Of a stretch of DNA of 64,000 nucleotides, positions 23,816 through 36,856 are shown in pieces. Within the stretch, counting starts at the first letter, position 1. Each line of letters begins with the position of its first letter. Where the stretch lies: positions 684,001 through 748,000 of the forward strand of contig NC_058369.1 in NCBI RefSeq assembly GCF_018350175.1, in the 5' to 3' direction. Both the position numbers and the translations under genes were made by a program. The notes beneath the pieces are model-generated. The model was given only the letters and a program-made list of their open reading frames with translations, was not told the origin of the DNA and did no database searches. This DNA comes from Felis catus (taxonomy: Eukaryota).

Positions 23816-26800
23816 AGAGCCTGGGGTTCTTGATGACCTGACTAGTTGCCCCCATAAGAGTGCCCCTTCTGGTGCCCCCCTCCCTGCGCGGCCCCACCGT
23901 CTGGCACAAAGTCGGGGCCCTCAGCGAATGTTTGTTGACTGACTCAGTGTTTTGTGCATGGACTCTGAATCAAGTGCTCTTTTACTCCAGCTGGGAGAGA
24001 CCGGAGGTGCCGGCCTCATTCTCCACTGTTCCCTCCTTAGGGCATGCCTGGCATGGGGGGGGGGGGGGTTGGCGGGGAACAGCCTCTCTCTGATAAGGGG
24101 GGCAGCGGGGGCACCGCAGGAGTCAGCTATGCTGGCTGGCAGATCTTTAAATTAAAATACATATATACACCAGATAAATAAACCCGGCCCACATCCTGGT
24201 GACAAGCAGAATTAAATCGCCCGGTTGGGGACCTGGCAGCGATGGCTGGGGGGCGGGGGGGCAGTGGTGGAGGGGTGGGGAAACATCACTGGCTCCGTTT
24301 TCACTCTCTGACTGTCCCCACTCCTGTTGGGGAGCGTTCCCACAGCCCTGCAGCCTGCTGGGCACTTGGGGAGACACTTAGGGGATCAGGACGTGATGTG
24401 GAGGCCAGGGGTCCCACAGGCCCAGCTTGGGGCGAGGCCAGCTCCTCAGCTGGGGGTCCCTGGGTAAGTCCCGTGCCCCCATCCGAACAGGGGACACTCT
24501 GCCCCGCCACCAAGTGCTGTGGCAGGGCACAGACCAGGTTTGAGTCCTGGCTCCGCCCCTCACGGGCGGGGATCAGCCGCAGACCCTCCTTGGGAGCCCC
24601 GGGTTGCGCCCCCCCTCCCCCCACCCCCCCATCATGTTGGACGCCAGGGAGACCCCATTCGAGCCCGCAGGGGAGGCGCCGTTGGGGCCCACGCTGCTGT
24701 GGGGTCCTCCCTGGCCCCTTCCCTCTGCCGGAGCTTGGCCCGCAGGGGCGGAGGAGTGGGAAGGGAGTTTCAATTAAGGAGCAGCTAATCGCCAGGCAGC
24801 AAGGGCCGTTCTGGGGCCCAGTAAATCTATTATGAAAAGCCTCTAAATGTATGTAAAACCAGCCTCTGACAATCCAGGGATTAGGCCACCGGGAGGGGAA
24901 ACCGAGGCGAGGGCCGGCTGGTGGATTAACGGAGCAGGGTCTCTCGGGGGTTGTGGGGAGCGTCCCCGGGAGTCGGGGCAGAGGGAGAGAGGTCTTCCTC
25001 TGCAGAAGCCAGCACCCGTTTTGTAGACGGGGAAACTGAAGTCCCAACAGGCCGAGACCCAGAGCGGAGGAGCCTCACCCAGCACACCTGCCGGAGTGCA
25101 CGCGGGGGGCCCCAGAGTGCACCCCTGTCCAGCCGTGGCCTCGGTCCCCACCTGCTGCTGCCCCCTTTGAGGCACACCGAGGTGGCAAGGTGGCCTGGAT
25201 GGTCTGAAAGATCGGGAACCGCAGACAGGGGCGTTTGCCCCCTCAGAGCTGTCAGCGAGCCCCGCCCCCAGCCCAGGAGGAGCCCCCAGGGGAGGCACGG
25301 GATCCCCGGGCACGGTGGCTGTGCCCGTACCTCCCACCCCGAGTCCCAGGAGCCCCAGGTGGAGGCCCAGCCTGAGCAGAGGCTGGGCTGGGAGGAGGGG
25401 CTGGCAGAAAGGGATTTTGTGTCTCCTCCTGAGGGTCCCAGGGGGCCCTGGGCGGGGGTGGGGGGGTTAGCCCAAGGGGTCCTGGCCTCCGTCAGAATCT
25501 GTTGTGGGAACATTGACCCTACTTCCCTCAGGGGCTCAGTTTCCCCAGCTTGCCCCCCCCCCCCCGCTCCCCCAGTCCCATCCAACCCTCAAGGTCTACA
25601 CGCCCCCTAATTATCCTGCCAGTGATTCCCTCCCCCTGGGATGACAGTTCCACCTGCGGAAACCCTTCCAGGCACCCAGGTGTGTGGGGAGGCCCGCCTG
25701 GCCCTGCGCCGCAGCCGTTCCTATGGGGCTGGGGGCAGCAGCTGGCGGGCCCTCCCCGGGCCCCTGGTCTGTCTCTGGTCCGGCCACCCGTGTGAACCTG
25801 CCGCTCGGGGGGGGGGGGGGGGCTGGGGAGTGAACAGGAGGTGAGCGATTCCTGGACCCAGGCCCCCAGATCCCTCTGGGCCCAGGTGACATTGTGTGGC
25901 CAGTGGGAGTGGGGAGGTCCCAGCAAGGCCGACCCAGGTGGTTCTGGGCCTCGCTGGGCTGCCCGGCTCTCGCCGTGTGATGTGAGCGGATGTTCGCGCC
26001 TCCCCATGACTCGGTTTCCCCATTGTCACCACCACGGATGGCTGGAAGCTGTTCCCAGAACGGGGGCGGGGGGGGGGTGGGGATCGGAGGGAGGATGTTG
26101 GGGGGCCCCGCTCCCCCCTCCCGGCCGTCAGTCAGGACCGCCGGGCCCCTTCAAGCCGTCACGGCCCAGCAGTGGCCGGGGGAGGGATTACCCAGCCTGT
26201 CCAGGATGGACTGAAGTGGAACCGAGGCTGACGAGCGGAACGCGCCCCCGCGGGCCCCGCCTGCGCGCCTTTGTCTGCGCCCGGCCCCGCCCCCCGCCGC
26301 GGACAGCGCCCCGGGTGCTGAACCGCGCCGCCCGTCGCCGGCCACCGAGCCGCGGCCGAGGCCGGCACGGAGCAGCCGCGGCCCGCGTGGGGCCGCGCTC
26401 CAGCCCTCTCCGGGCTCAGTTTCCCCGTCTGTGGCATGGGTGCGCCCGCTGAGGGCTGAAGGGGGGGCTGTGTGGGCAGAGGCGGCGGGGGGCACGGAGG
26501 CCTTTCCCAGGGGTGCTCGGCCGCCCCTCCGCCCAGGCGCCCCACCGACCCTTTGTCCGGGAAATGCGAGGTGGCAGGGAGAACGGATCTGCTCGCCGCC
26601 TGAAAGGCGCCGCAGCAAATACTGTTGACCCCTGACCCCGGCCCCCTAATCCTGGGCTGAGGCCCTCACTGGGAGGGGCCCTGAGAGCGGGGCCGGGCCT
26701 GACCCCCCGCCCCAGGCGCCAAGGGGGGCTTCCGGGTGAGGGTCGCAGGGGCTTCAGGGGAACATAGCTGCCCCGTTGGCCACGTGTCTGGTCACCACCC

Positions 26801-29800
26801 CGCGGAGCCCACAGGAGAAACTGAGGGCAGGCAGAGCTCTCAGAAGCCCCCAGGCCCCGGGGGGGGGGGTTCGGGCTGGAATCAGGTCCCTGCCACCTGC
26901 AGGCTGGGTGACCGCTGGGCCAACAGCTGCCGTCTCTGAGCCTCAAAACGGGACGTTCCAGGAGGTCCGGCCTGACCTGCCTGGAAGGGAGCCTATCGCC
27001 ATGGGGGGCATCTGGCCTCTACCTGGCTCTGTGCCTCAGTGGAACCTTCTGGGGCAGGGGATGGCTATGGGGGTACGTGGCCTAGGTGCCCCCTCTAAGA
27101 GGGCTCCAGGAATCACTCCCCTGAAGTACACGGAGGAACTTTCCCACCTCCGCCCTCCCCTGCTCTACAGTCCTCCATAGCTCCCACTGTCTTCGAGACG
27201 GTTTTTCCCACCTGGACAAGGCCTGGCCACCGAGCTTGGTGACCTGGGCTCACCTCTCAGCTCCCCTTCCTTGGGCCTGCTCTGTCCTCTCTGGGCCTCC
27301 CCAGTGGACAGAGAGGGTGAGGAAGATAACACAAGGAGCCACATTAACCAGGCTGAGCCCAGGGCCAGGCACACAGCAGGCACTACTAGATGCGCCTCAG
27401 GGGGCTGCTGGATGGCACCTCTCTGCCTCCATTGCCACCGCAGGGCTGGCCGGGGAGGAGCTAAGACCATCGGAGTCAGGGCTCTCCGGGAAGAGGCTGT
27501 CCGGGAAGAGAGGCCCGGGTGAATGAATGCAGGGAGGGTGGTGTCCTTGCTTCTGCCGCGGCAACTTAGCCCCTCACCTCCCAGCCCCTTGGGGGCCGCC
27601 GCTAGAAGCTTCCACTGAAGATTAAACCGTGCTCCATTGCTGGCCGGAATGCGTTCACACGCCCGGGTGCCCCTGTGCTCCCCGGCGGCCACGTGTCTGT
27701 TCCACCCTGCTGAGCTGTTCCCCACAATCAATTTCAATTTGGCCTGGGCCCTGCCTCTGCAGCCAACCGTCCTTGGGGGCTCGGGTTGGGGAGGAGGAAG
27801 CGGTGACTTCCCCGACCTCCCCTGCTAGACCCCGGGACCTGTCTGGTGACAAGAGGGCTCTGCTGTTGCTGCCCCTTTCTGGGCCTCCGTTTCCCCAGAA
27901 TGGTGGGATGGGGGGGGGGAGGGCAGTCTGGGGCCAGCTCTGCTCTCAGCCAACCTTGTGCATTTCTGGAGCGCCAACTGTGTCCCGGATCCCGGGTTGA
28001 ATGCCAGGAACCCAGTGGGAACCAACGTGGAAAAACTTGAATTAATCAGGGTCAGGTGGTGTGTAGGGCTTTCCTGCCAGGGGAATTGCCTGTGCAAAGG
28101 CCCTGAGGCAGCAAGGAACACAGGAGGCCCATGTGCCGGAAGCAGGTAAGAAAAGAGGAGCAGAGGGGCGGGCGGGTGGAGCTTGGTGATGACATTACCC
28201 AATGATAACAGCCGGCAGTTATTGAGCACCTACTGCATACAAACCTTGACCTATGGGCTCCACCTGCCTCACCTCCCTGGAACCTCACAGCCCCCCTATC
28301 ATTACACACCCACTTTGTAAGGGAAGAAACAGGAGGCCACAGGGACGAGGCTGCCGGCCAGGGCTACTGGGTGGGTGGCAGAGCTGGGTTTGGTCCCAAC
28401 TCAGACGGAAGCAGACAGTGGTGTGGACCCTTCGCCAACACCCCCCCCCCCGCTACTCGTGTCCTCCCCTGAGTCACTGCCTCACTCCCCGCCCATCTCT
28501 GGGGTCCGGAGGAAGGACATGAATGGGGGTCTCAAGTTCTTCGAGTTTGATTGGGACTCACCTGCCCTTCTGTGTGACCTTGGGGACGGGCCCGCCTAAC
28601 CCTTCTGTGCCTCAGTTTCCCAGTCTTACAAGGAGACTGTGGGCCACCCTTCTCTCTAAGGTGAGCTGGGGGAAGGGTAGAGGCGCCCCCCAGGCATGGC
28701 TCTGCGCCCCGCAGCCCTGCTCAGGCCCCACCCCCCTGCAGCCGTGGGAGAGGGGGGACCTTTTCCCTGCCATGCGCCCTGGGAGCCCTGTTTGGGCCCC
28801 TTGTGGCTCCCGGCTCGGGCCACCACTAGGTGGAGCGAGGAGGCCGGTGGAGACTGGGCGTGGGCGGCCTTGGCTTCAGAGCCGCGGAGGCCACGACGGG
28901 AGCTGGCGGGTCGCACGGGCGCTTCTGGGTGAGCTCCCACGAAGCCTCCACACTCTGCCCAGGGGACAGCGGCCCTAAAAGGGGTGCAGCGCCCGTTGGA
29001 CAGTCCGCAAGGGAGGCACACGGACGGCGGGGCGGGGCGGCGTCCGGGGCAAGGAGAGGACCCACCACGGGGCCCAACCTTGACCCCCCCACCCCTGACC
29101 CAGCTGCCACGTGCAGATGGCAGGGCAGCGGCCCGGGCGCGGGTTCAGAACCGGCCATTCCCGGCACCCTCCCGCTGCCCGACGGCGGGGAAGCCAAGGC
29201 TGGATGCCCAGATTGCGGGTGGGGGCTGCGAGCGCCCTTTCGAGCGAAGGCACTGCCGAGGCTGCGTGGGACTCCTCAGGACGCCCTCCCGCCCACAGGC
29301 AAAGACCTGGTGATACGGTGGACAACTGGGCTTCTCTGACGAGCTTCAGCCGAAACGTAAAGAATGAGAGATACTGGGGGGAGGTGACATTCTGCACAGA
29401 GGGGCAGCCTCGCCAGGGCCCCAGGTGGCATCTTGAATGTGTGGGTCCTGGAGACCCGGTGGGAGGGGTGGGGCAGGGCCAGCCTTGTAGGCCCCGGCGG
29501 GGCTTGAGTTTTACGTGGAGGGTACCGGGGAGCCATGGTGGGCGAGAGCAGGAGAGTGATGCGATCTACGTTCCTTCGTTTCACAGCTCCCTGAGGCTGC
29601 CTGGGACGGGCTGTCGGAGCAGAATGGAGGGCAGTGAGGACCTGGGGGGAGGTTGGGTGGGGGTCTGGGCAGGGACAGAGCAGGACAGCTCAGAGCTGTG
29701 GGTGGCCTGAGTGAGCTCGGGTGCGGGCAAATCTTCAGGCCGAACCCACCAGAGTCTCAGGGTCGGATCCAACCCCAACCCCCTTGGGGGACCCATTTTC

Positions 29801-30582
29801 CACAAGAGGAAGTTGGGGCACAGAAGGTTCGGTCACTCACAGCACATCTGGGGGGCCCTTCTGGGAATCAGCACAGCTGGGATGGCCTTCTGTGTGTTAG
29901 CGTGTCTGGGGGCCCCCTTTGGGGTAACGAGTACATATGGGGGCCATTTCCTGTGTCCTGGGCCACAGAAAGGCCACATGGTCTAGACCCCATTGTCATG
30001 TTCCCTTTGAGGAGAAGCCCTTAATCCAGCCTTCCTTCAGGATGCAGTCTGTTGTGGGGACCGAACAGGCTTAGGTTTCAGTCCAGCGTTGGATCCAACC
30101 TGAGGCTCCGGAAGGCAGGGGGCGGCCTAAGGCACCGTCCCGCTCCGCCCCTGAACAGCGTCCCTGGCCACCCTTCCCACACGAGTTTAAGGCGCCAAGG
30201 GTCAGACCCTGCGCACCTGGCCCCACCCCTCCCCTTTGTTCCCTCAGATCCTCCCACCAGTCTTGCCCCTGCCTCAGGGCCTTTGCACAGGCCGCGCCCT
30301 TCCCTGTGTGTCCGCCTTGACCAGCCAGGCAAAGAGCAGCCCCCCCCCCCCACCAGCCACCCATCTGTGGCACCCTCGCCTACCTGCTGAGACCCACTTT
30401 TATTTTCAGTGCAACAATATGACCAAGCACCCCAAGGTGCTTCCATAGGTGAATGAGGCACAGTCCCTTGCTTCCAGAAAGTTACATCAAGTACAAGACG
30501 CAAACATGTTTAAAAAACATGCAGCTCACACGAACAGAAGGAGCAAATCATTTCCTGTCCAGAAAAGCCAATGATTCCTGCC

Positions 30583-30965
30583 TTTTAAATTGAGGTATAA
30601 TTCGTGTATCGTGCAGTTCACCTGTTTAAAGTGTGTGTTTCAGCTGTTTTTAGCACATTCACAGTGTTGCGTAACCATCACCTCTATGTAATTCCAGAAT
30701 GTTCTAGCAACCGAAAGAGCAGGCCTGTCCCCATTAGCTACCATTTCTCCACCCCCTCCCCCAGCCCCCGGCCCCCACGAGCCCCCTTCCCGTCCGTGGA
30801 CGAGCCTGTTGTGGACGTTCCACTTGCGTGGCCTCACACCCCGTGTGGCCTCTCGTGTCTGGGCCCCTCCCTGAGCGTCGTGTGTTCAGGGTCCGTCCGC
30901 GGGGCGGTGGGGGAGGGCGCCTCGCTCCTGCTGGCGGCCGAGGGACGTGCGTGTACGTGGATGTT
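30583..30965 (-). mobile_element. L1MB-like 3' end, copy A2
   Basis: TTTTAAATTGAGGTATAATTC...AACCATCACCTCTAT, followed by the GC-rich core shared with A1, A3 and A4. Confidence 0.8.
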
Positions 30966-31228
30966 CCCATTCATTTTGTCTTGTCCTTTTCTCCACATCG
31001 GTCAGGGTCCTGGTGACACACGAGGCTGGACGCCATACACAGGCAGCTGAACCTGACCCTTCCTCTCCCCGGGCCAGTGCCCTGGGCTGGGGTCCAGCAC
31101 GGACCCACCTCCGCCCCATCCGCCCTGGCCTGGGCAGCACTGACATGTGCCCACTGCCCTCACCCCAGTAACTGCCCCAAACTCCCTCCTTCTTGGGGCC
31201 TCTAGGGACTTTTCAGAACTGAAAATCA

Positions 31229-31429
31229 GGGGTGCCTGGCTGGCTCAGTCAGTTAAGCGTCCAACTCTTGATCTCGGCTCAGGTCATGATCTCGTGGTTT
31301 GCGGGATCGAGCCCCGTGTCGGGCTCTGTGCTGACAGTGCGGAGCCTGTTTGGGATTCTCTCTCTGCCCCTCCCCAGCCGGCACTCTCTCTCTCTCTCTC
31401 TCTCAAAAGTGAATGAACTTAAAAAAACA
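31229..31429 (+). mobile_element. CanSINE
   Basis: GGGGTGCCTGGCTGGCTCAGTCAGTTAAGCG head, (CT)n, A tail, target-site duplication AACTGAAAATCAG. Confidence 0.93.
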
Positions 31430-32514
31430 AACTGAAAATCAGACGGTGACCATCCCGTGCCTAAAGCCCCCTGTGGCTCCCTGACACCCTCCATGTCAGT
31501 CTGAATTCCGGGGCATGAACAGACATCCCTGCTGGCCACGCGGCCAGGCCAGAAGATTCTCAGGAGGGTCCCAGAAGCTTCCTTCCACTAGGGGTAGCGG
31601 CTGGAGAGGGCTGGGGGATGAGGGCATTGTCCCCGTTTCCTGGGGAAGGGAACTTAGGCTCGGGGGACAAGATTAAGTCGGGGCCCCGGTGAGTCATATT
31701 CTCAGCTGCGTGAAGCGACGTCAGCGGGACCCCTTGGTGCCCACACCCCAGGGCCTGCTCGGCGTTTCTTCTTGCCTGGAGGGGAAGCGGCCCTGTGGGC
31801 GGCTCGGGGGTCCCCCCCCACCCCCACTGCTTCCGGGCTGGCGGTGAGGTGCGGTGGGACGCGCTCAGAGACCCTCTGAGACCTGCAGGAACGTCACGAG
31901 ACTCATGAGGGCCCCGGGGGCCCCTGCCCTGCCTGGGTCAGGGGACAAAGGCCACCTCTTCCACTCGACTGTTTCCCCACCCCCCACCATAATAGGATCG
32001 GGACGTTTGAAGTGACGAGGACGCGGGGAGGCTCCCACATAGAGAATACGACCAGAGGGGCTTAGAGGCGCCTTTGTGAGCCAGGCGGGTGGTGATGAAA
32101 GCACCATGAAATCCACGGTGTCACCGATGCCCCGCGACCGTGACAGGCCCCTTTACTTAGGGAAAAGGGGAAAATCCCCGGTCGTATACGTGCATGTGAA
32201 CACGTGTGTATATGCCAGGCTCCAGCCGCGGCAGAGGCCCCGGCAGCCCCCAAGGCTCCAGCCCCGAGGTGCCTTCTCGGCCGAGCGCCCGTGGCCGTGG
32301 CACCTGGCGGGAGGGTGCGGGGTGCCGGCGGGAGGGCATCGTGCTGAACACTGCTTGCACGGCTCTGGGGACCGGAGCCTCGCGACCTTCAAGGCTTCCG
32401 GCCAAGGCTTCCTTGCACGTGGGCCCGGGTGACGGCGAAGTCATGCCTTGCCTGCAGGTGGACTTCTGAGGTCAGGGAGGAAAGGGGGCGCAGGGCGGGA
32501 AGGAGCGTCACGTT

Positions 32515-32960
32515 CTTAAACCGCTTTGAGACACTGCCTTCCAGTTCATTCATTTCAAGTGCACACTTCATTTGTTCTAGTACATTCACAGAGCTGTTCG
32601 TCCATCAACACGCTGATTCTAGAACACCTGCATCCTCCCCTAAAGCAGCCCGTCCCCATCAGCCGTCACCTCCCCGGCAACCCCTCCCCCGGCCCCGGGC
32701 CCCCACGAGCCCCCTTCCCGTCCCCGGATGAACCTGTTCTGGGCGTTTCACGAAGGCGGACTCCCCTCCCCCGCGTGGCCTCTCGTGTCGGGTTCCCTCC
32801 CTGAGTGTCGTGTGTTTGGGGTCCGTCCTCGGGGCGGCGGGGGCGGGCGCCTCGCTCCTGCTCGTGGCCGAGGGACGTGTCGTGCGCGGTGGGCACATTC
32901 ATCTGTGCGCGTGAGCACCCGCGGGGGACACACTGTGCGTGCTGGTTCGCCCGTTGGTGG
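32515..32960 (-). mobile_element. L1MB-like 3' end, copy A3
   Basis: TAGTACATTCACAGAGCTGT...CCCCATCAGCCGTCAC followed by the shared core. Confidence 0.78.
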
Positions 32961-35930
32961 GCGGTTGGCTTGTGTCCCCTCTAGGTGTTTATTAAGGGGA
33001 CGCTATTCCTGAAAACACTGGAACCGGCCCATGTCTTGGGTTTTAAGCCCTCACGTGAGGTCAGGGGCCCCCGGGCTGAGAGCGAAGTGCGAGTCCCTGC
33101 GGGGCTTGGGCGTGTGGGGGCAGCGGGGAGAAGCCCCGCGGGCTGGCAAGTGTGGGCTGTGGGTCTCCTCGGCAGGGTGCTCCACTGCCACCCCTGTCCT
33201 CGAGACCTCAGCGTCACTGTCGGCCACAGCCGCCTAACCGTGCTCGGTGCGCCTTCTCAGCGCAGGGCAGCACCTGAGCCCGCACCCGCCTGTCCCCGTA
33301 AAGGCGCCCGAGTCCGTACTCCTCCGTGGCGGCGGGCAGCCAGGTGTGTGAAGGGGGCCGCGTCCACAGCCCCCCGTCTCCCAACCAGAGCAGCAGGAGG
33401 CAACAGTCCTGTGGTCCCGAGAGACTTGAGCTGGGGGCGGGGGGGGGGGGGAGCCAGGGCAGATGGCAGGTGGCGGGTGGGGGTTCCTGGCTGCAGCCTG
33501 GCAGGTGGACCAAAGCCCCCTTGTCCACCAGCTTTGGGGCCAGAGGCGGGTAGCAGGGGCAAGACCCCGCCCTGCGAGCTGCCCTGCTCGGCGTGGGGGC
33601 ATCTGGGGGCGCCTGACTCTCCCTGGATCCGCGGCGACCACGTCCCTTCAGTTCCTTGGTGGGCAGGGGCATGCCTAGGTCCCGCCGACACGGGTCCGTC
33701 TCCTTCTCTTCCTGAAGGCGGTCTCTGAGCTGAGCAGAGACTTCACTGGGAGGCCGGAGGGGACACAGGAAGGCCAGGGTTACGTGGCGGTGGGAGACAC
33801 AGAGAGGGACAGAAAGGTGGAGGGACAGGTGACAGGCTGTGTGTGAGGTCTCGGGGCCAGCAGCCTCAGTCCTGGCTTTCCTGGCCTCCCTGAGCCCACC
33901 TCTTTGAACCTCGACGCCTGTGCTCACCCTGATCTGCTCTGCGGACTCAGGAGGTTGCCCGGCTCCCCTCTGGCTTCCAGGGTGGGCATAAGCAGCCAGG
34001 TTAGGGTCCTGGGGCCCAGGGGCTGACGGCTGCTCCCAGCATCCCAAAGCTCTGGGGCATCCCCGTCGGGAGGCCTGCTGTGTATGAGGTACGGCCACAG
34101 AGGCTGGGGGTCGGGGTTCAGGCATCCATGGGACCGCCCCTCCTGAGACCCCCAGGATCCCAGGAAGGGCCACCTGGCCTCATCCTGGAGCTCAGAGAGG
34201 GGCCCTTCGAACGCCAGGTCCCGGTATTTCAAAAGCTGGGAGCCCAGACCCGGGAGCCTCAGGCACTGCCCTCAGAATATGACAGCACCTCTGGGGACCC
34301 TGCAGGTTCAGATGAGGAGCCCAAGGTCTCACTGTAGGGGACGGAGAGGGGAGGGCCCAGACATGCCGTCACGGTGGAACTGTGTCCCCTAGAAAGGCGT
34401 GTCCAAGTCCTAACGCCTCGAGTGGGCCATCATTTGGAGACAGTCCTCGTGCATGTGGTTGCGTTAACACAAGGTCGTGAGGCCAGGCCCCGGCCCGGTG
34501 ACGGGGACCGTACCCCACGGTGTGTGCGCTCACAGGGGCGTGTGCCAGAGCCGGCACCCCTTTCCCTCCTGGCCCCCCGGGCCCAGCGATGACTCAGCGG
34601 GACAAGCGTCCAGCTGTGCGGGGCAGCCCCCAGTCACTCCTTTCCACCCCTGGGCAGGAGAGTGCAGCACGGTCCCCACAGCGGGACAGGGGTCCCCACA
34701 GTGGCAGTGGCGCTGGGCTCAGGAGCCCGCCGTCCCTGGCCGCAGCCTGGCTGGCTCATGCCGACCGGCCCCCCGGCCCCTGGATCCTTGTTCCACCTGA
34801 CAGATGGGGAGACCGAGGCCGAGGAGCCCCAGGGCTGGCGTCAGAGGGGTGCGTGGATTCCCAGACCCCCGCCCCCGCCCCCTGTCCCCCTCCGCTCCCA
34901 GGACGCTCTCCCTTCCGCAAGTTTGGGAAAGCTGGAGCTGTCTGGATTGAAATTCTTCAGCTGTGCTAGGCCAGCGGAGAAATCCAGAATGCATTGTTTA
35001 GACAGATGCCTTAAACCGCTCGGCAGGGGTGGGGGGGTTGGGGGGGGTGGCGCAGGGGGGGCGTGAGCAGCGACGGGAGGAGGGACTGCACTGGGAAGGT
35101 CATCCTTTTTTTCTGCAAAAAGGTCAGCCGCGGACGGTTGCCAAGGCAACGGCGGGCTTAAAGATGGAGGCTTAAAAAGAACAGCGGGTCCCCCCTCGGG
35201 CTGGGCTGTCCCGTGCGTCCCGTGTGCGAGGGGCCCGGCCGCGGGCTCAGGAGGCCTGGGGGCTGGGGCAGATCTCGGCCCCGCCCTGTCCGGGGCCCAG
35301 CTGAGGCCGCTGTGCACCTCGGTGTTCTCGGCTGTGGAAGGGGGCCAGTGTCCACACCCGGGCGGGACCCCCGGGGCCCGTCTGGGGTTGGGATGAACGG
35401 GCAGAGTCCCGGGGGGCCCTCCCCGGGGGAGCAGGCGGGGCAGGGAGGGGCTGGGGCCTCGGCCAGAGTCCCCGGATCTCGCCCCATGAGGACAAGCCGC
35501 CGCGCGAAGGAGGCCGGGGTTCCCTGTCCCCCTTCTTAGAGCCCAGGACAGGGACCCAGCCGCCCCTCTGGGTCTGAACCAGACCGGAGGCTCACATTTG
35601 CAGACCTGAGGGCGGCGGTCCCAAAGGAGGAGCCCCCAGGAGGGATGGCACAGGCCAGAGAGCCCGGACAGTGGCCACTGTTCAGGGTGCGGGATTCGAG
35701 GGCCTTCCCAGCCAGCTGGGGGTTGGGTGCGAGCGGGCATCAGCCCTGGCGACTGGGGGCCTCTGCTGAAGTTCTGCTGGGATACACGGCATCGTCTACA
35801 TCTCTCTCCCTGGAGGGCAATCTGGACTCGGGCGGGCCACTTACCTTAGGCTGCAGTGTCTGTGACCATTGTTGTTGAACAGTGACCTCGCTGTCCCTTT
35901 CAGCGTAAACAGCGGAATTAGGAAGGCAGC

Positions 35931-36310
35931 TTTTTCATGGAGATGAAATTCACACAACATACAACTAACCATTTTTATATGTACAATTCAGTGGCACTTA
36001 GTACGTTCACAGAGCTGTGCAACCATCACCTCTATCCAATTCTGGAACATTCCATCACCCCCAAAGGAAACTCCGTCCCCATCACTAGTCACTCCCCACC
36101 CCCCACCTTCTCCAGTCTCTGGCCCCCACGAGCCCCTTCCCGTCCGTGCACGGGCCTGTTCTGGACGCTTCACACACGCGGACTCACAGCCCGTGTGGCC
36201 TCTCGTGTCGCGTTCCCTCCCTGAGCGTCGTGTGTTCGGGGTCCGTCCGCGGGGCGGCGGGTGTGGACGCCTCACTCCTGCTCGCGGCCTAGGGACGTGC
36301 CCGTGTGTGG
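35931..36310 (-). mobile_element. L1MB-like 3' end, copy A4
   Basis: GAGATGAAATTCACACAACATACAA...GTACAATTCAGTGGCACTTAGTACGTTCACAGAGCTGTGCAACCATCACC followed by the shared core. Confidence 0.82.
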
Positions 36311-36599
36311 TTATAAAAAGGTAACTTTTTCGAAAACTTGTGTTGGGACAGGGTTCCCAGGGACTCGCCATCTGGGTGAACTGGGAGCCCCAGGGATAGC
36401 GGAGGGCCCCAGATGGTGTTTGTGGCCACAGGTGTCTGGGTCACCCATTGCCCCAGGCTGCCCTGGGGGCCTTCCAGTCAGGCTGGCCGTGGCCATGGCC
36501 GTGGCCGGTGGGTCAGCAAACACATTAAGGCAGACCTGCAGTGGGTTTTCAGAGGCTTCACGAGCTCCTCCCGTGTGCTGGGCCTTGTGCCTGGTTCCC

Positions 36600-36848
36600 G
36601 GGAATCACGTTGGTGGGCCACGCCTCCTCCGAGGCTCCAGGGGAAGGCTCTTCCTGCCTCTTCCAGCTCCTAGGGTCCCATTGTTCTTTGGCTGGTGGCC
36701 TGTCCCTCCAATCTCTGCCTCCATTGTCAAGTGTCCTTCTCCTGCCTCTTAGAAGAACACTTGTCGCTGGGTTTGGGACCTACCCTGATCAGGATGATCT
36801 CATCTTGAGATCCTTTATAACATCTGCAAAAAACCTTTTTTATAAGTA
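36600..36848 (-). mobile_element. MLT1 (MaLR LTR) fragment
   Basis: CTTCCTGCCTCTTCCAGCT...CCAATCTCTGCCTCC...GATGATCTCATCTTGAGATCC...ACATCTGCAAA. Confidence 0.75.
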
Positions 36849-36856
36849 AGCTCAAG

